The translations under genes and the position numbers were made by a program. Below, one piece after another: positions 10,152 to 21,912 of a stretch of 64,000 bases of DNA; the first letter of the stretch is position 1; each line of letters begins with the position of its first letter. Under the pieces are notes generated by a model. That model was not told the origin of the DNA. It saw only the letters and a program-made list of their open reading frames with translations, and did not search any database. The DNA comes from an uncultured Gemmatimonadales bacterium (GTDB lineage: Bacteria > Gemmatimonadota > Gemmatimonadetes > Gemmatimonadales > GWC2-71-9): NCBI GenBank assembly GCA_963842945.1, contig CAWJIM010000020.1, positions 96,001-160,000 of the forward strand, written 5' to 3'.

Positions 10152-11331
10152 GCAGGCCCTCTGGACGCTGCTTGCGGCGGGGCTGATCGCCTGCGGCGAC
10201 GATCCCCCGGTCCAGCCCACGGTCCCCACGACCATGAGTGTTGCCGCAGGAGGAAACAACGTTCCCGAGCGATACAGCTCGGATTTGTGGGTCTTCGGAA
10301 ACCACGCGTATACGGGTACCTGGAACTTCCGGGAAGAGCAGGGCAACGTCCTGAAGGTCTGGACTCTCGATGCCGCGGGCGCACCGTCCTTCACCAGCTC
10401 GGTGACAATTCCCAATGTCGGCACCGTCAGCGATGTCCAGGTCAGCGAAGATGGTCAGTTGCTGGTACTGAGCGGCGAGAGTGGGGGAGACTTTGGGCAG
10501 GACGGGGGAGTCTACGTCTACCGCCTGACCGATCCCGCACATCCCGATTTCATGGGCGCTGCCAGCGTTCCGTTCGGGGGGGTTCACACGGTTACGCTCG
10601 CCGCTCTCGATGGTCAGCTGTACGCCTTCGCCGCAAAGAATCCAGGATCCATCGGGTCGGACACAGAGAACGAGCCGGCGCTTCTGATCTACAATCTGAG
10701 CGATCCCTCATCGCCTAGACTGGTGCACCGTGAGCCCATTCCTCCGCATTACGGCATTCATGATACCTTCGTTCGTGACGGCCTGGCCTTCGTGTTCGCC
10801 TGGGATGAAGGCGTCATCATTTTTGATGTCGGGAACGGTATTCGGGGAGGCTCGCCGTCAGCGCCGGTAGAAGTGAGCCGCCTGATCACCGCGGCAAACA
10901 GCAGCAGCAGCCCGGCGGTGCACAACGGCTGGTGGTTCCACAATCCCGTCACGGGAGAGAAGCGCTACCTGTTCATCGGCCAGGAGGGTCCGGGTGTTAT
11001 CGGATCCCGCTCCAGCGGCGATATCCACGTGGTGGATGTCTCGGACCTCGCCCATCCGGCCGAGGTGGCCTTCTTCCACCTCAACGGCGCGGGAACCCAC
11101 AACTTCTGGATCGACGAGCCGAGACAGGTGCTCTATGCCGCGTATTACAACGCGGGCGTAGTGGCGCTGGACATTTCGGGCACTCTGAGCGGCGATCTGT
11201 CCGGACGACTCCTGAGCCAGATCAAACCCGGTGAGGCAGGGAACACGTACACCTGGGGCGTGCAGCTGGCGAATGGGTCGCTCTACGCTATCGACATGCT
11301 GAGTGGGCTCTGGCAGCTGAAGACGCAATAG
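10132..11331 (+). CDS. LVIVD-repeat / choice-of-anchor-B-like beta-propeller lipoprotein
   Basis: Lipobox LIAC. Repeats VYVYRLTDPAHP, LLIYNLSDPSSP, IHVVDVSDLAHP, AYYNAGVVALDIS. Confidence 0.75.
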   Translation: MISTINRQALWTLLAAGLIACGDDPPVQPTVPTTMSVAAGGNNVPERYSSDLWVFGNHAYTGTWNFREEQGNVLKVWTLDAAGAPSFTSSVTIPNVGTVSDVQVSEDGQLLVLSGESGGDFGQDGGVYVYRLTDPAHPDFMGAASVPFGGVHTVTLAALDGQLYAFAAKNPGSIGSDTENEPALLIYNLSDPSSPRLVHREPIPPHYGIHDTFVRDGLAFVFAWDEGVIIFDVGNGIRGGSPSAPVEVSRLITAANSSSSPAVHNGWWFHNPVTGEKRYLFIGQEGPGVIGSRSSGDIHVVDVSDLAHPAEVAFFHLNGAGTHNFWIDEPRQVLYAAYYNAGVVALDISGTLSGDLSGRLLSQIKPGEAGNTYTWGVQLANGSLYAIDMLSGLWQLKTQ

Positions 11332-11336
11332 GCGGC

Positions 11337-13347
11337 CTAGAGGGTCGAGCGGAGTTGCGGGCTTGCTCGTCTCCGCTGCTTCCGCTCGTGCCGGTCGTTT
11401 CCGCTTGCGGGGGCCATCCAGGCGTTGTTTTCCCGGCGCACATCGGGGTAGAAGTTCCGGGTATCGATGGCCGCGCCTACTACACGCTGGGGACCCGGCA
11501 CCTGCAGTGTGTACTGGGATCCGGCGTACCAGATCTCCACCGGCAGGCTCAGGTGCTGGGAAGCGCCGCCCTCCATTCGGAGGTCCAGCTCGACCGGCAT
11601 CGGCATGGCCGTGACGCTGCGCAGGAAAACCCGGGACAGCACCACCCCCGCCGAATCGATCGACCTCACCGAGTCTACCGCCTGATCCAATCGCTCAGTG
11701 GTGTAGAACCAGGACCGCCAGAACCAGCTCAGGTCTTCGCCCACGCCATCCTCGATGCTGCGGAAGAAGTCCGCCGGGGTGGGATGTCTATAAGCCCAGC
11801 GGCGGATGTATTCCCGAAACGCCGGATCGAACCGTTCCCGGCCGATGATTCTATCCCGCAGGAGGATGAGGCCGAGCCCGGGCTTGGTGTAGGCGGTGAC
11901 GCTGAGATTACCCCGAATCTGGTCGGCCGGCCTCATGATCGGCTCTTCCTGGCCGCTCAGCGCGAAGGGGATGTAGATGTTGGGGTTCCCCCGCCGATTG
12001 TAGGTGCCGGGATACTTCTTCTCCCAGTTGTAGTAGTTCATGAAGGTGTTGAACCCTTCATCCATCCAGGCGTATCGCCGCTCGTTGTTGCCGACCACCA
12101 TGGGATACCAGGTGTGGCCGATCTCGTGGTCGGTCACGCTGAACAACGCCGGCCCGTCAGTCCGATTGTGGCAGAACACGATCATCGGGTATTCCATCCC
12201 ACCCTCGATGCCATTCACGTTGATGGCGGCCGGATAGGGATAGCGGTACCACGAGGAGTAGTTCTCGATGGCGAACCGGATGTACTGGGTGGACTGGTTC
12301 CAAATGGGCTCTGCCGAGGGCGGATAGAAGCTCATGGCCAGCGTCCGGCCCCCGTTGGCCCGAGCGGCGTCCCAGACGAAGTGCCGGGCGGCGGCCCAGG
12401 CAAAATCGCGTACGCTGTCCGCGGTAAAGCGCCAGGTCAGCGTCCCGGTGGGAGAGACTGGACGCGACGCCGGATCGCTCACCTCATTCTTGCCGCGGAT
12501 GACCACGGTCGAGTCGCTGGCGCGGGCTCGGCTGAGCCGGCTGCGCTGAGTTGCGGTCAGGACCTGAGCCGGGTTCTGCAGCGTCCCGGTGGCGGCAACC
12601 AGCATGCTGCTGGGGACGGTCAGACTGACGTCGAAGCTTCCGTACTCCAGGTAGAACTCGCCCTGGCCGAGGTATTGCTCGGTGTTCCATCCCCGCACGT
12701 CGTCGTACACCGCAAGGCGTGGGTACCACTGGGCTACCTCGTAGACGTAGCTCCCATCGATTTGCTCGATTCCCATTCGGTTGCTGTTGGGTCCAAAGGG
12801 AAAAGACCAGCCGATCTCCAGCACCTCGCGCCCGCGGGGAGGCAATGGGCGGGGGAGATCCACCCGCATCATCGTGCCGTTGACCACGTATTTGAGGGCG
12901 GTGGCCGGTCGCGGCCGAGGATTTTGCTGCAGCTACCCTGGTCAGGGTAACTCCGCCCTTGGCACCGGCGGTCCCGAACCGGGAGTTCTGATCGAAGATC
13001 AGGGATCCGCGGCTGGAGCTGTTGAACAGGTTCTGGTCCAGCTGCAGCCAGAGATAGCGCAGGGTATCGGGGGAACGGTTCGAATAGGTGATGCGCTCCT
13101 CCCCGGTAACCGTCTGGGCCGCCGTATCGAGGGAAGCCTGGATCACGTAATCCACCCGCTGCTGCCAGTATTCGGGGCCGGGCGCGCCGGCGCCGGTGCG
13201 CAGCCGATTGGGGGCGGGCAGCTCGAGCCGGCGGAAGGGGGAGCGATCGCCCCGGTCGAAAGCGGAGTCGGTCGGTGACGGTGCCGCCGCCTGCTGCTGC
13301 GCGGCGAGCTGCGCGGTGGCCAACAGGCTCAGGAGAAGCATTCGCAT
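11337..13347 (-). CDS. M1 family zinc aminopeptidase, secreted (one frameshift near 12905-12935)
   Basis: N-terminal part (YWQQRVDY, Y.NRSPDTL) is in ORF 12484..13425. Catalytic part (GGMEYP, HEIGH.W...E, WMDEGFN) is in ORF 11337..12887. Confidence 0.88.
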
Positions 13348-13354
13348 GAGAATT

Positions 13355-15427
13355 CTACGGGGTGGCGGTGGCGGCGGGTCGTCTCCAGATATCGTTCGTA
13401 GTGAGCGCGTCGGGAAGGGTGCCATCCGGGTTGACCCGGGCGCTCACGATGGTCTTGCCGGGCTTGATCTCATAGACGTACCGGTTCCCTCCGTACCAGA
13501 CTTCGACCGGCAGCTTCACCACATCCCTTGTCCCGTCTTCAAAGCCGAGCTCCAGCTCCACCGGCATTACGGCGTCGCCCAGGTTCACCAATGTCACCTG
13601 AGCGCCGCCGGCGGAGTCAGGTTTCACACTCTCCACCGACTGGTCCAGGGCCGCGGTGGTATAAAAGAACCCGCGCCAGAACCACGACAGGTCCCGGCCA
13701 GATATCTCTTCGATGGTTCGGAAGAAATCGCCGGGCTGAGGGTGCTTGAAGGCCCAGCGGCGGGTGTATTCCCGAAATGCGCTATCGAACACCTGAGCGC
13801 CAAGCACCTTGTTGCGAAGCGTCAGCAGCTCGATGCTCGGCTTGACGTATGCCAGGCTCAGGAGATTGTCACTGGTGCGGTAGCGATTAGCCGGCGTGAG
13901 GATCGGCTGGGCGGTGGGCATCTGATCTATTCCGATGATGAGCTCCCTTTCCCGCTGCCGTACCGCCGCATCGTTCCGCTTCCAGTATGACTCCTCCGAG
14001 AAGGTGTTGATGAAGGTGTTGAACCCCTCATCCATCCAGGCGTAGCGGCGCTCATCGGAGCCCACCACCATGGGGTACCACATGTGGCCGATCTCGTGAG
14101 TCAACACATTGTAGAGATCGGGGCCGCTTTCACCCCTGGCTTCCATGGCCACCATAGGGTATTCCATGCCGGAAACAGGTCCTTCGACCGCCGAAATCTG
14201 CGGGTAGGGATAACTGAACCAGCGGCTACTGTACTCCTGGATGGAAAAGCGGCTCATCTTGGCCGCATCCTTCCAGGTGTCCACTGCACTCGGGCGGTAA
14301 TACGCCTGCGCCAGGACTCCCTCCCACCGCGCGGCATCCCACACATAATCCGGCGAGGCCGCCCAGGCGGCGTCGCGAACATTATCGGCCTTGAAGCGCC
14401 AGGTGAGCGACCCGTCTTTCACCGGGCGTGCTGCACCCGAGCTCAGCTCAGGGGCCGTGACGATATGGATGGTGGTGTCGGACTTGAGCGCGGTGGCGAG
14501 GCGGCCCCGCTGGGCCGTGGTCAGGACGTCAGCCGGATTCTGCAGCACGCCGGTCCCCGCCACGATGTACCCGGCCGGAACGGTTACCTCATACTCGATA
14601 TTGCCATACTCGAGATAGAACTCGCCCTGACCGAGATACTGATCGGTATTCCACCCGTGCACGTCGTCATACACCGCCAGCCGGGGGTACCACTGGGCGA
14701 TCTCGTACAAGCTGCCATCCCGCCCCATCCGGTCGGCGCCGTGCTCCGGAATGTTGAAGCCGTAGCTCAGCTCCAGAATGGTCTTGCCGCCCGGCGGCAG
14801 GGGGCTGGCCAGTTCCAGGTACATCATGGTGTCGTCCACTCTGGTTCGCAGCGGCGCCGGCCCGCATCGAGGCGGGACCTTGGCCGGAGCCTGGGCTCGG
14901 CGCTTCCGCCGGCTCGGTGGCGGTGCTTTGCCGGAGGGCTCCTGCGGAGCGCTGCACTGGATGATGGAATCGATCTCGAACCCGCCAGAGAACCCGGCTC
15001 CTCCAAACCGACTCTCGGAGGCGAACAGCAGAGATCCTGTGCTGCCGGTGCGAAAAAGATTCTGATCCAGCTGAAGCCAGAGAAATCCGAGCGTGTCCGG
15101 AGAGTTGTTGCTGTAGCGAATGATCTCGGAACCGGTGAGCCGTTTGGCCGAGGTGTCCAGAGTCGCCCGAATCTGATAATCCACCCGCTGCTGCCAGTAC
15201 TTCGGTCCGGGGCTGCCGTTGGGGCGGCGAATCTCGTTACCGGGAGGGAGGCGGAGTGGACTGAAGATCCCGGTATCGGCCACCGGAGGCCGCAGGGTCG
15301 GCAGAGTCAGCGGCCGAGCCGTCTGAATCGGTGCTGGAGAGTCCGGCTGTTGGGCCGCCGGATTACCCTGGCCGAGCAGGGCGACCGGCAGCATGACCAG
15401 GATCGGGATGGAGACTACGGTACGCAT
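13355..15427 (-). CDS. M1 family zinc aminopeptidase, secreted
   Basis: Signal peptide, YWQQRVDY, GMEYP, HEIGHMW, WMDEGFN. Paralog of the downstream gene. Confidence 0.92.
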   Translation of the reverse strand: MRTVVSIPILVMLPVALLGQGNPAAQQPDSPAPIQTARPLTLPTLRPPVADTGIFSPLRLPPGNEIRRPNGSPGPKYWQQRVDYQIRATLDTSAKRLTGSEIIRYSNNSPDTLGFLWLQLDQNLFRTGSTGSLLFASESRFGGAGFSGGFEIDSIIQCSAPQEPSGKAPPPSRRKRRAQAPAKVPPRCGPAPLRTRVDDTMMYLELASPLPPGGKTILELSYGFNIPEHGADRMGRDGSLYEIAQWYPRLAVYDDVHGWNTDQYLGQGEFYLEYGNIEYEVTVPAGYIVAGTGVLQNPADVLTTAQRGRLATALKSDTTIHIVTAPELSSGAARPVKDGSLTWRFKADNVRDAAWAASPDYVWDAARWEGVLAQAYYRPSAVDTWKDAAKMSRFSIQEYSSRWFSYPYPQISAVEGPVSGMEYPMVAMEARGESGPDLYNVLTHEIGHMWYPMVVGSDERRYAWMDEGFNTFINTFSEESYWKRNDAAVRQRERELIIGIDQMPTAQPILTPANRYRTSDNLLSLAYVKPSIELLTLRNKVLGAQVFDSAFREYTRRWAFKHPQPGDFFRTIEEISGRDLSWFWRGFFYTTAALDQSVESVKPDSAGGAQVTLVNLGDAVMPVELELGFEDGTRDVVKLPVEVWYGGNRYVYEIKPGKTIVSARVNPDGTLPDALTTNDIWRRPAATATP

Positions 15428-15440
15428 ACAGGCGTCGTGG

Positions 15441-16001
15441 TTAGAGCTTGGGCAGTGTCACCCCGGTTTGCTTCTGGTACTTGCCCTTTTTATCAGCATA
15501 GCTGGTCTCGCAGACGTCGTCCGCGTCGGCCTCAAAGAAGAGGACCTGGCAGATCCCTTCGTTGGCGTAAATCTTGGCGGGCAGGGGAGTGGTATTGCTG
15601 ATCTCCAGGGTGACATAGCCTTCCCATTCCGGCTCGAATGGGGTCACGTTGGTGATGATGCCGCACCGGGCATAGGTCGATTTCCCCACGCAGATGGTCA
15701 ATACGTTCCGCGGAATCCGGAAGTACTCCACCGAGCGGGCCAGCGCGAAGCTGTTGGGCGGCACGATGCAGACGTCCCCGTCGAATTTGACGAAGCTCCG
15801 GTCGTCGAAGTGCTTGGGGTCCACCACCGCGGACAGCACGTTGGTAAAGATGCGGAACTCGGGAGCGACCCGCATGTCGTAACCATAGGAGGACACGCCG
15901 TAGGAGATGGCGCCTTCCCGCACCTGGCCATCGACAAACGGTTCGATCATCCGGTGCTCACGGGCCATCCGGCGGATCCAGCGGTCGGATTTGATCGACA
16001 T
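15441..16001 (-). CDS. dcd: dCTP deaminase
   Basis: [47 protein letters not shown]. Confidence 0.96.
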   Translation of the reverse strand: MSIKSDRWIRRMAREHRMIEPFVDGQVREGAISYGVSSYGYDMRVAPEFRIFTNVLSAVVDPKHFDDRSFVKFDGDVCIVPPNSFALARSVEYFRIPRNVLTICVGKSTYARCGIITNVTPFEPEWEGYVTLEISNTTPLPAKIYANEGICQVLFFEADADDVCETSYADKKGKYQKQTGVTLPKL

Positions 16002-16149
16002 TATCCTCAGCGGGGAAGCCGAATGGGGCCGGCCGCTCATTGCCGGCGCGCGGGGCAGCGGCAAGATGAACCGCCGCCCGGGGGAACAGGGGCGGAATAT
16101 AGTACCGTAGGGCAGCGGCGCGACGCGGCTGGGACTGGCCCGGGGCAGG

Positions 16150-17147
16150 TCAGTCGCGGAGGCTTCGAACGCTGGCCAGCTCGCCGGAAGGCCCGGCCGG
16201 CCTTGGCCGTCGCGGCTGGTTCGCGCGCGGAAGTACTCCACCGTGTGGGTCAGTCCCTCTCGTCAGTGCGATTGTGGGTTCCCAGCCCAGCCACTCGCGG
16301 GCGCGGGTGATATCCGGTTTCCGCTGGGTGGGATCGTCCTGGGGCAGTGGGCGGTAGGTCACCCGGATGTCTGCCGCCAACGATGCGGAAGACCTCATCG
16401 GCCAGCTGCCGGATGGTGAACTCGACCGGGTTGCCCAGGTTGACCGGCTCGTGTGCGTCCTTCCGCCGGCCATCAGCCGGATCAAGTCCGTCCACCAGCT
16501 CGTCCACGTAGCAGAAGGAGCGGGTCTGCTCGCCGGTGCCGTAGATGGTCAGCTCCTGACCCCGCAGCGCCTGCACGATGAAGTTGGAGACCACCCGGCC
16601 GTCGTTCTCCGCCATCCGGGGTCCGTAGGTATTGAAGATCCGGGCGATGCGGATGTCGATCTTGTCCTGCCGGTGGTAGTCCATCATCAGCGTCTCGGCG
16701 ACCCGTTTGCCCTCGTCGTAGCAGGAGCGGGGGCCGATCGGGTTCACGTTCCCCCAGTAGCTCTCGGGCTGGGGATGGACGCGTGGGGTCGCCATAGACT
16801 TCGGAGGTCGAGGCCTGGAGGATCCGGGCTCGGAGCCGCTTGGCCAGCACCAGCATGTTGATGGTGCCCAGCACGTTCGATTTGACGGTCTTGACCGGGT
16901 TGTACTGGTAATGAATCGGCGAGGCCGGGCAGGCCAGGTTGTAGATCTGGTCGACCTCGAGAAGAGCGGCTCGGTGACGTCGTGCCGGAGGACCTCGAAG
17001 CTGGTGGCTGTCGAGCAGGTGCTCGATGTTCTCTCTGCGACCGGTGAAGAAGTTGTCCAGGCAGACGACGTCGTGGCCCTCTGCGAGGAGCCGTTCGCAG
17101 AGATGGGAGCCGATGAACCCGGCGCCGCCGGTCACGAGGATGCGCAT
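16150..17147 (-). CDS. UDP-glucuronate decarboxylase (UXS-like SDR), several frameshifts
   Basis: [63 protein letters not shown] and DDP.QRKPDI, spread over three frames. Confidence 0.9.
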
Positions 17148-17395
17148 GGTCCTGACCGAGTGTCGAGGGTGGATGCCGAAGCCATCGTGTGTGCACTCGG
17201 ACGGGCTCCGGGCTCAACAGTGAAAGCTAAACAACAGTATCGTCAATGAGCCTATAAGGAAATGCTAGCGATCTGAAGGCTGACGTATTCTGCCCTCGAC
17301 GTTTGCTACCCGGCCACAACCTATGGGACGAGCTCGCGGCAGAGCCGTCACGGCATTCATGTGGCTCGTCCTGCCAGTGTATGTCACTTGTCGTG

Positions 17396-18486
17396 CTAGC
17401 AGCATAGGGGTGCGGTGAGGTAGCATCTTCGGGCGCGCCAGTTACCTTGATCAGCTGAAAGCCAACAGCACTCGACCGGGAGCTTAGCTGGCCAAGGCGA
17501 CTCCGAGTCGGCTAAGGCCCTGTCGCAGGTGAACTCCTGAGGGGTTGCTTTCCCAAGCTCGCCGATCTTCTCCTCGACAATGTAGAGCGGACGCTGCTTC
17601 ACCTCGAGGAAGATGCGGGCCACGTATTCGCCCATGACACCCAAAGCGAGCAGTTGAACTCCTCCGAGCAACGACAAGAAGGCGAGGCGAGGGTGGGCCG
17701 GCCCAGGCACGGGCGTGCCGAACGCCAGTCGCTGGATGACCACCACCAGGAAATAGACGAGGGAGAGCATCGAGATGGCTATGCCCAGCATCGAGATCAA
17801 GCGCAGCGGTTTCCGTCGAGAGCAAGAGCACGAAGACTTGATCGCGAAATTCATCTGCCGCCAGTAACTGTAGTTCGTCCGGCCTGCGTGACGGACCCGG
17901 AGCTCACCAAGACCTTAGTGGTTGGAAGGCCGATGACGCTCACCAGCCCGGTGATGCTGGATCTCGCTCCCGGAATCTGGCAGAGCTCGTCCACAGCGCG
18001 GCGACTCATGACGCGGAACATGCTGGTGTTGAAGTCGGCGTCGTCGCTGAATGCGAGAGCGAGTTTATCAGCCGGACGATGGTGCGGGAAAACCAGTTGC
18101 GCAGCGCCGATTCGTTCTTCCGCTCCTTGACACCGTAGACCACCTTATACCCCTCCCGTAGCCTCACGTGAGCAGCGGGATGTCCTCGGGATGGTCCTGC
18201 AGGTCGCCGTCCATGACGACCACGGTATCCCCTCTCAGGACCGCAAGACCCGCGAGGACGGCGACGTGGTGGCCGAATGCATTGGAGAGCTTGAGTGCCT
18301 TGACCCTGGGGTCGGATCGGTGCAGCGACCGAAGCACCTCGAGCGTGTTGTCGCGGTTCAGATCAGTGGCGAAGATGATCTCGTGCTCGGCGGACATCGC
18401 TCTCGAGCACGGGGGTAAGGCGCGCGACCAGTGGGAGGTTCTCTGCCTCGTTTCCGGACGGGCACGACGACAGACAAGGCGCTCAT
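17396..18486 (-). CDS. GT2 polyprenol-phosphate glycosyltransferase (GtrB/ArnC-like), frameshifted
   Basis: Start MSALSVVVPV overlaps the upstream stop (ATGA). Motifs LS.AFGHH.A..AGL and VVMDGDLQDHPE; two C-terminal TMs followed by GEYVARIF.EVKQRPLYIV. The 3' end is uncertain. Confidence 0.85.
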
Positions 18487-19100
18487 GACGCTCCCTTGGG
18501 CCGCGCGGGGATGCCAATCACGAGCGCTCTCGAGGCCACGTTCCTGGTGACAACGGCTCCCGCCCCCACGATTGCCTCCTCGCCGACCTCGATGTCGGGA
18601 AGTAAGGTGGCGTTGGCACCTTCACGGCGGCCCGCACTGACACCCGCCCGAGGACCACCGCGTTCGGCGCGATGGTCGTATAATCCCCGACGACCGAGTC
18701 GTGCATGAGGTTTGCGGCGGCGTTCACCTTCACAAATTCCCCTATGCGCACTGACGTCGAGATGTGGGCAACAACTCTGCACCACCGTGCCTGGGCCGAT
18801 GCTCGCGCTCTTCGATATGACCGCCCTCGGGGACACGAGCGACCCCGGCCGGTATCCGAGCGACAGATAATACCCGGCTAGCCTCCGCCTCGTCGAAGGT
18901 GAGTCGGGAACGATCAGTACCGGCACGTCGCGGAGCAGGTCCGCCAGGCGGCGAGCGTCCTCGTCCCGCCCCAGGATCTTGTGGCCCATGAACTCCCCTT
19001 GCACGTGCTCATCGAAGATCCCGGCGATCTCGACGTCGCAAGTCTCGCACAGCTCTACCATCTCCTGGAACGCGCCGACAAGAACCATCCTGCGGGTCAT
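18483..19100 (-). CDS. Sugar N/O-acetyltransferase (PglD/NeuD hexapeptide family), frameshifted
   Basis: Rossmann-like N-terminus, SLVSPRAVIS.SASIG.GT, ANLMHDSVVGDY, IVGAGAVVT......V.G.PA. Confidence 0.85.
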   Translation of the reverse strand: MTRRMVLVGAFQEMVELCETCDVEIAGIFDEHVQGEFMGHKILGRDEDARRLADLLRDVPVLIVPDSPSTRRRLAGYYLSLGYRPGSLVSPRAVISKSASIGPGTVVQSCCPHLDVSAHRGICEGERRRKPHARLGRRGLYDHRAERGGPRAGVSAGRREGANATLLPDIEVGEEAIVGAGAVVTRNVASRALVIGIPARPKGAS

Positions 19101-20224
19101 CGGGTGGGCTCACGGAGAGTCCGGCACGGGAGAGACCTCGTCTGTGGAAGACGGCCGTACATCGGGAGAGTTACCAGGCTATCCGAAACGCGTTCGGTGT
19201 TCGGCAGCGGGCGGCGGTACTGCTCGAAGATCGAGAAACGATGCACCGCCGGATAGTGAATGCCCCGTTTGAATCTCATGCTCGTGATCCCCTCCCTGGA
19301 GGCGTCGCGGCGGGCGGCGTCGGCACCATATAGAATGAAACAGGAAATATGTAGTTCGATACCACGCCCTCGCGCCCGCCGAACGGAACCACGATCCAGC
19401 GGGCATCCGCAAGAGTTTCCAGATACCGGTGTCGGACGATGGTACTCCTCTGGTGTCATGAGTGAGCTTGCCGAGCTGGACGATGCCCAGGGCGGCGTAA
19501 TGTCATCCATCCGGTAGTTGTAACCGCTCTCGACCACGTCGTACCGGGTGCTGTGCCCGCTGGCTCGCTGATACGAGAGGGTGGTCATGCCGTGGGACCT
19601 CAGCAGTCGAGCCCGCTCAGCGAATTCGACATCACCGGTGACCAGCATTCCGCCCTCGCCGGTGCTGATGTTCTTATTGGAGAAGAAGCTGAAGCATCCG
19701 ACGTCGCCGATTGCTCCGAGCTTGCGTCCGCGGTACTCCGAGAGCGGTCCGTGGCAGGCATCCTCGACGACGCGCAATCCGTGGCTTCCGTGCGAGGTCA
19801 AGGATCCGGTCCATGTCGCACGGGAACCCTCCGTAGTGCATGACCACGATTGCGCGGGTCTTCTTCGTGATGAGCGACTCGATCTGTTCCGGGTCGATGT
19901 TCAGGTCGTCCGGTCCCCTGATATCGCAGAACACGGGCGTCGCCTGGACGTAGCGCACCGCGTTGACTGTGGCGACAAACGTCAACGAAGGCACGATACC
20001 TCGTCACCCTCCTGGACGCCCACGATTCGAAGCGCGAGATGAAGGGCAGAGGTGCAGTTCGCGACTGCGACGGCATTCTGGACGCCGAGTGCCTCCGCGA
20101 AGAGCCGCTCGAACTCGAGTGTCCGGGGACCGGTCGACAGCCATCGTGACCGGAGCGTCGCCAGCACGGCCTCCTCTTCCTCGTGGTCGTAGTTGAGGTC
20201 GAACAACGGAATGGAGTATGCCAC
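19097..20224 (-). CDS. DegT/DnrJ/EryC1/StrS sugar aminotransferase, frameshifted
   Basis: IPLFD, WLSTGP...FE, NCTSALHLAL, PSLTFVAT, VEDACH, FSFFSNKN..TGEGGM, GYNYRM. Confidence 0.9.
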
Positions 20225-20231
20225 AGCCGCC

Positions 20232-21211
20232 TCAGTCAGGAGGTGTAGAGTTCGGGCTTGTAGCGAGACTGATGGCGTTTCAGCCATCGATCGTCTCGCT
20301 GAGCCCCTGCTCGAGAGTGTGGAGCGGCCGCCATCCCGTCAGGCGGAGGATCTTCGCGTTGTCGCAGCGAAGACGCTCAACCTCGCTCCAGCGGGCCGCA
20401 CCCGTTGGTCGTCCTGAACGACGGTCACCTTTACCCCGAGGAGACGGGCAATCGTCTCCGCCAGCTCGCCGACGGAGATCTCAGTGTTGGTCCCTACATT
20501 CGTGATCTCGCCCACCGACGCATCGCTCCTGAGGATCTCGTGAAACCCCCGCGCCATATCTTTGACGAACGTCAGATCGCGGGTCGGGCTGAGACTGCCC
20601 AGGCGGACTTCGCGCATTCCGGAGAGGATCTGCACGGCGATAGTGGGCACGACGGCGCGTGCGGACTGCCGTGGACCGTAGGTGTTGAACGGTCGAACGA
20701 TCTTCACGGGGAGCCCGAAGGACCGGTGATAGCTGAGGGCAAGCTGGTCCGCGGCGATCTTGGTCGCGGAGTAGGGCGACTGGCCAACCAGCGGATGACG
20801 CTCGTCAACCGGGACGTACTGCGCGGTACCGTACGTTTCGCTGGTCGAGGTGACGATTACCTCGCCAAGAGAGAGCTGGCGGGCCGCTTCCAGCACATTG
20901 TAGGTGCCCTCGACGTTGGTCCGGACATATGATAGCGGGGACTCGTAGGAGTACGGGATGCCGATCAGCGCCGCGAGATGGAGGACCGCGTGACAGCCAT
21001 TCATCGCCCGATACATCGCAGCGAAGTCCCGCACGTCCCCCAGGACGACTTCGATATCCCTCGCGACCGGAGAGTCCTCGAGCCAGCCCCAGTCGTTCCT
21101 GGAGTTGTAATGGACGAGAGCGCGGACCCGGTGACCCTCCTCGACCAGCAGCTCGGTCAGGTGCGAGCCGATAAAGCCACCGGCTCCGGTAACCAGGACG
21201 GGGGACGCCAT
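20232..21211 (-). CDS. NAD-dependent 4,6-dehydratase (LegB-like), C-terminal frameshift
   Basis: VTGAGGFIGSHL, HYNSRNDWGWLE, HLAALIGIPYSY, TSTSETYGTAQYVP.DE.HP, QSPYSATK, RPFNTYGPRQSARA. Confidence 0.9.
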
Positions 21212-21912
21212 CACGGCTGCTTCCGAAAATGCGTGGTGTAGAAGTCCGAAGCCTTCTCGTAGTCGCTCAGGCGGCCAATGTCGAGCCAGTACTCCCGCAG
21301 ATCGTACTTGGCAACAGGCATACCTCGCGCGAGCATATCGGTGATGAGCAGATCCATACCGTAGTAGGTATCATCGGGGATCAGCTCCAAGATTTCCGGC
21401 TTCATGACGTAGATGCCGGCGAGGACATACATCACGATGTCCGGCTTCTCCTGGATGCCGGTCACGTAATCCCCGGAAAAAAAGATATTGCCGAAGGCGA
21501 AGGGCGTGATCTCCTTCTTGATTGCGATCGTGAGCATCGCATCCAAGGACTTCGCGACCGCCATGAGATCGCCGAAGTCGGCGAGGCTCAGGATGTCGCC
21601 GTTCATGACAATGAAGGGCTCGCGAAGCTCTTGCTTGAGGAGCGTGAGCGGGCCGGCCGTGCCCAGCGGCTTGTCTTCCTTGCTGACCCGGAGTCGAACG
21701 CCATAGCGGGAGCCGTCACCGAAGAACCGCTCGATGTAGTCCGACTTGTAGTTGGTCGCCAGGTACACATCGGTCACGCCGAACTTCCGAAGGCGTTCGA
21801 TCTGAATCTCCAGGACGGCCTTCTCTCCAATAGGCAGGAGTGGCTTGGGAATCGCCTCGGTGAAGGGTTTAAGCCGAGCTCCCAGGCCTCCCGCCAGGAT
21901 CACCGCCTTCAT
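21211..21912 (-). CDS. Sugar-phosphate nucleotidyltransferase
   Basis: MKAVILAGGLG.RL.P.T..IPKPL, E..PLGTAG, VMNGD, WLDIG. Confidence 0.92.
   Translation of the reverse strand: MKAVILAGGLGARLKPFTEAIPKPLLPIGEKAVLEIQIERLRKFGVTDVYLATNYKSDYIERFFGDGSRYGVRLRVSKEDKPLGTAGPLTLLKQELREPFIVMNGDILSLADFGDLMAVAKSLDAMLTIAIKKEITPFAFGNIFFSGDYVTGIQEKPDIVMYVLAGIYVMKPEILELIPDDTYYGMDLLITDMLARGMPVAKYDLREYWLDIGRLSDYEKASDFYTTHFRKQP

Noticed and set aside
12900..12940. Programmed frameshift in the second M1 peptidase
   Set aside because: There is no clear slippery heptamer with a downstream structure, and the many similar indels in the window point to sequencing error.
11355..15601. Long plus-strand ORFs 11355..12950 and 14084..15601
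   Set aside because: They are antisense shadows of the M1 peptidases, typical of high-GC DNA, and carry no motifs.
17326..17371. GGACGAGC...GCTCGTCC inverted repeat upstream of the UXS gene
   Set aside because: It is a single 8-bp stem with a long loop, no U-tract and no second copy found; chance occurrence is plausible.
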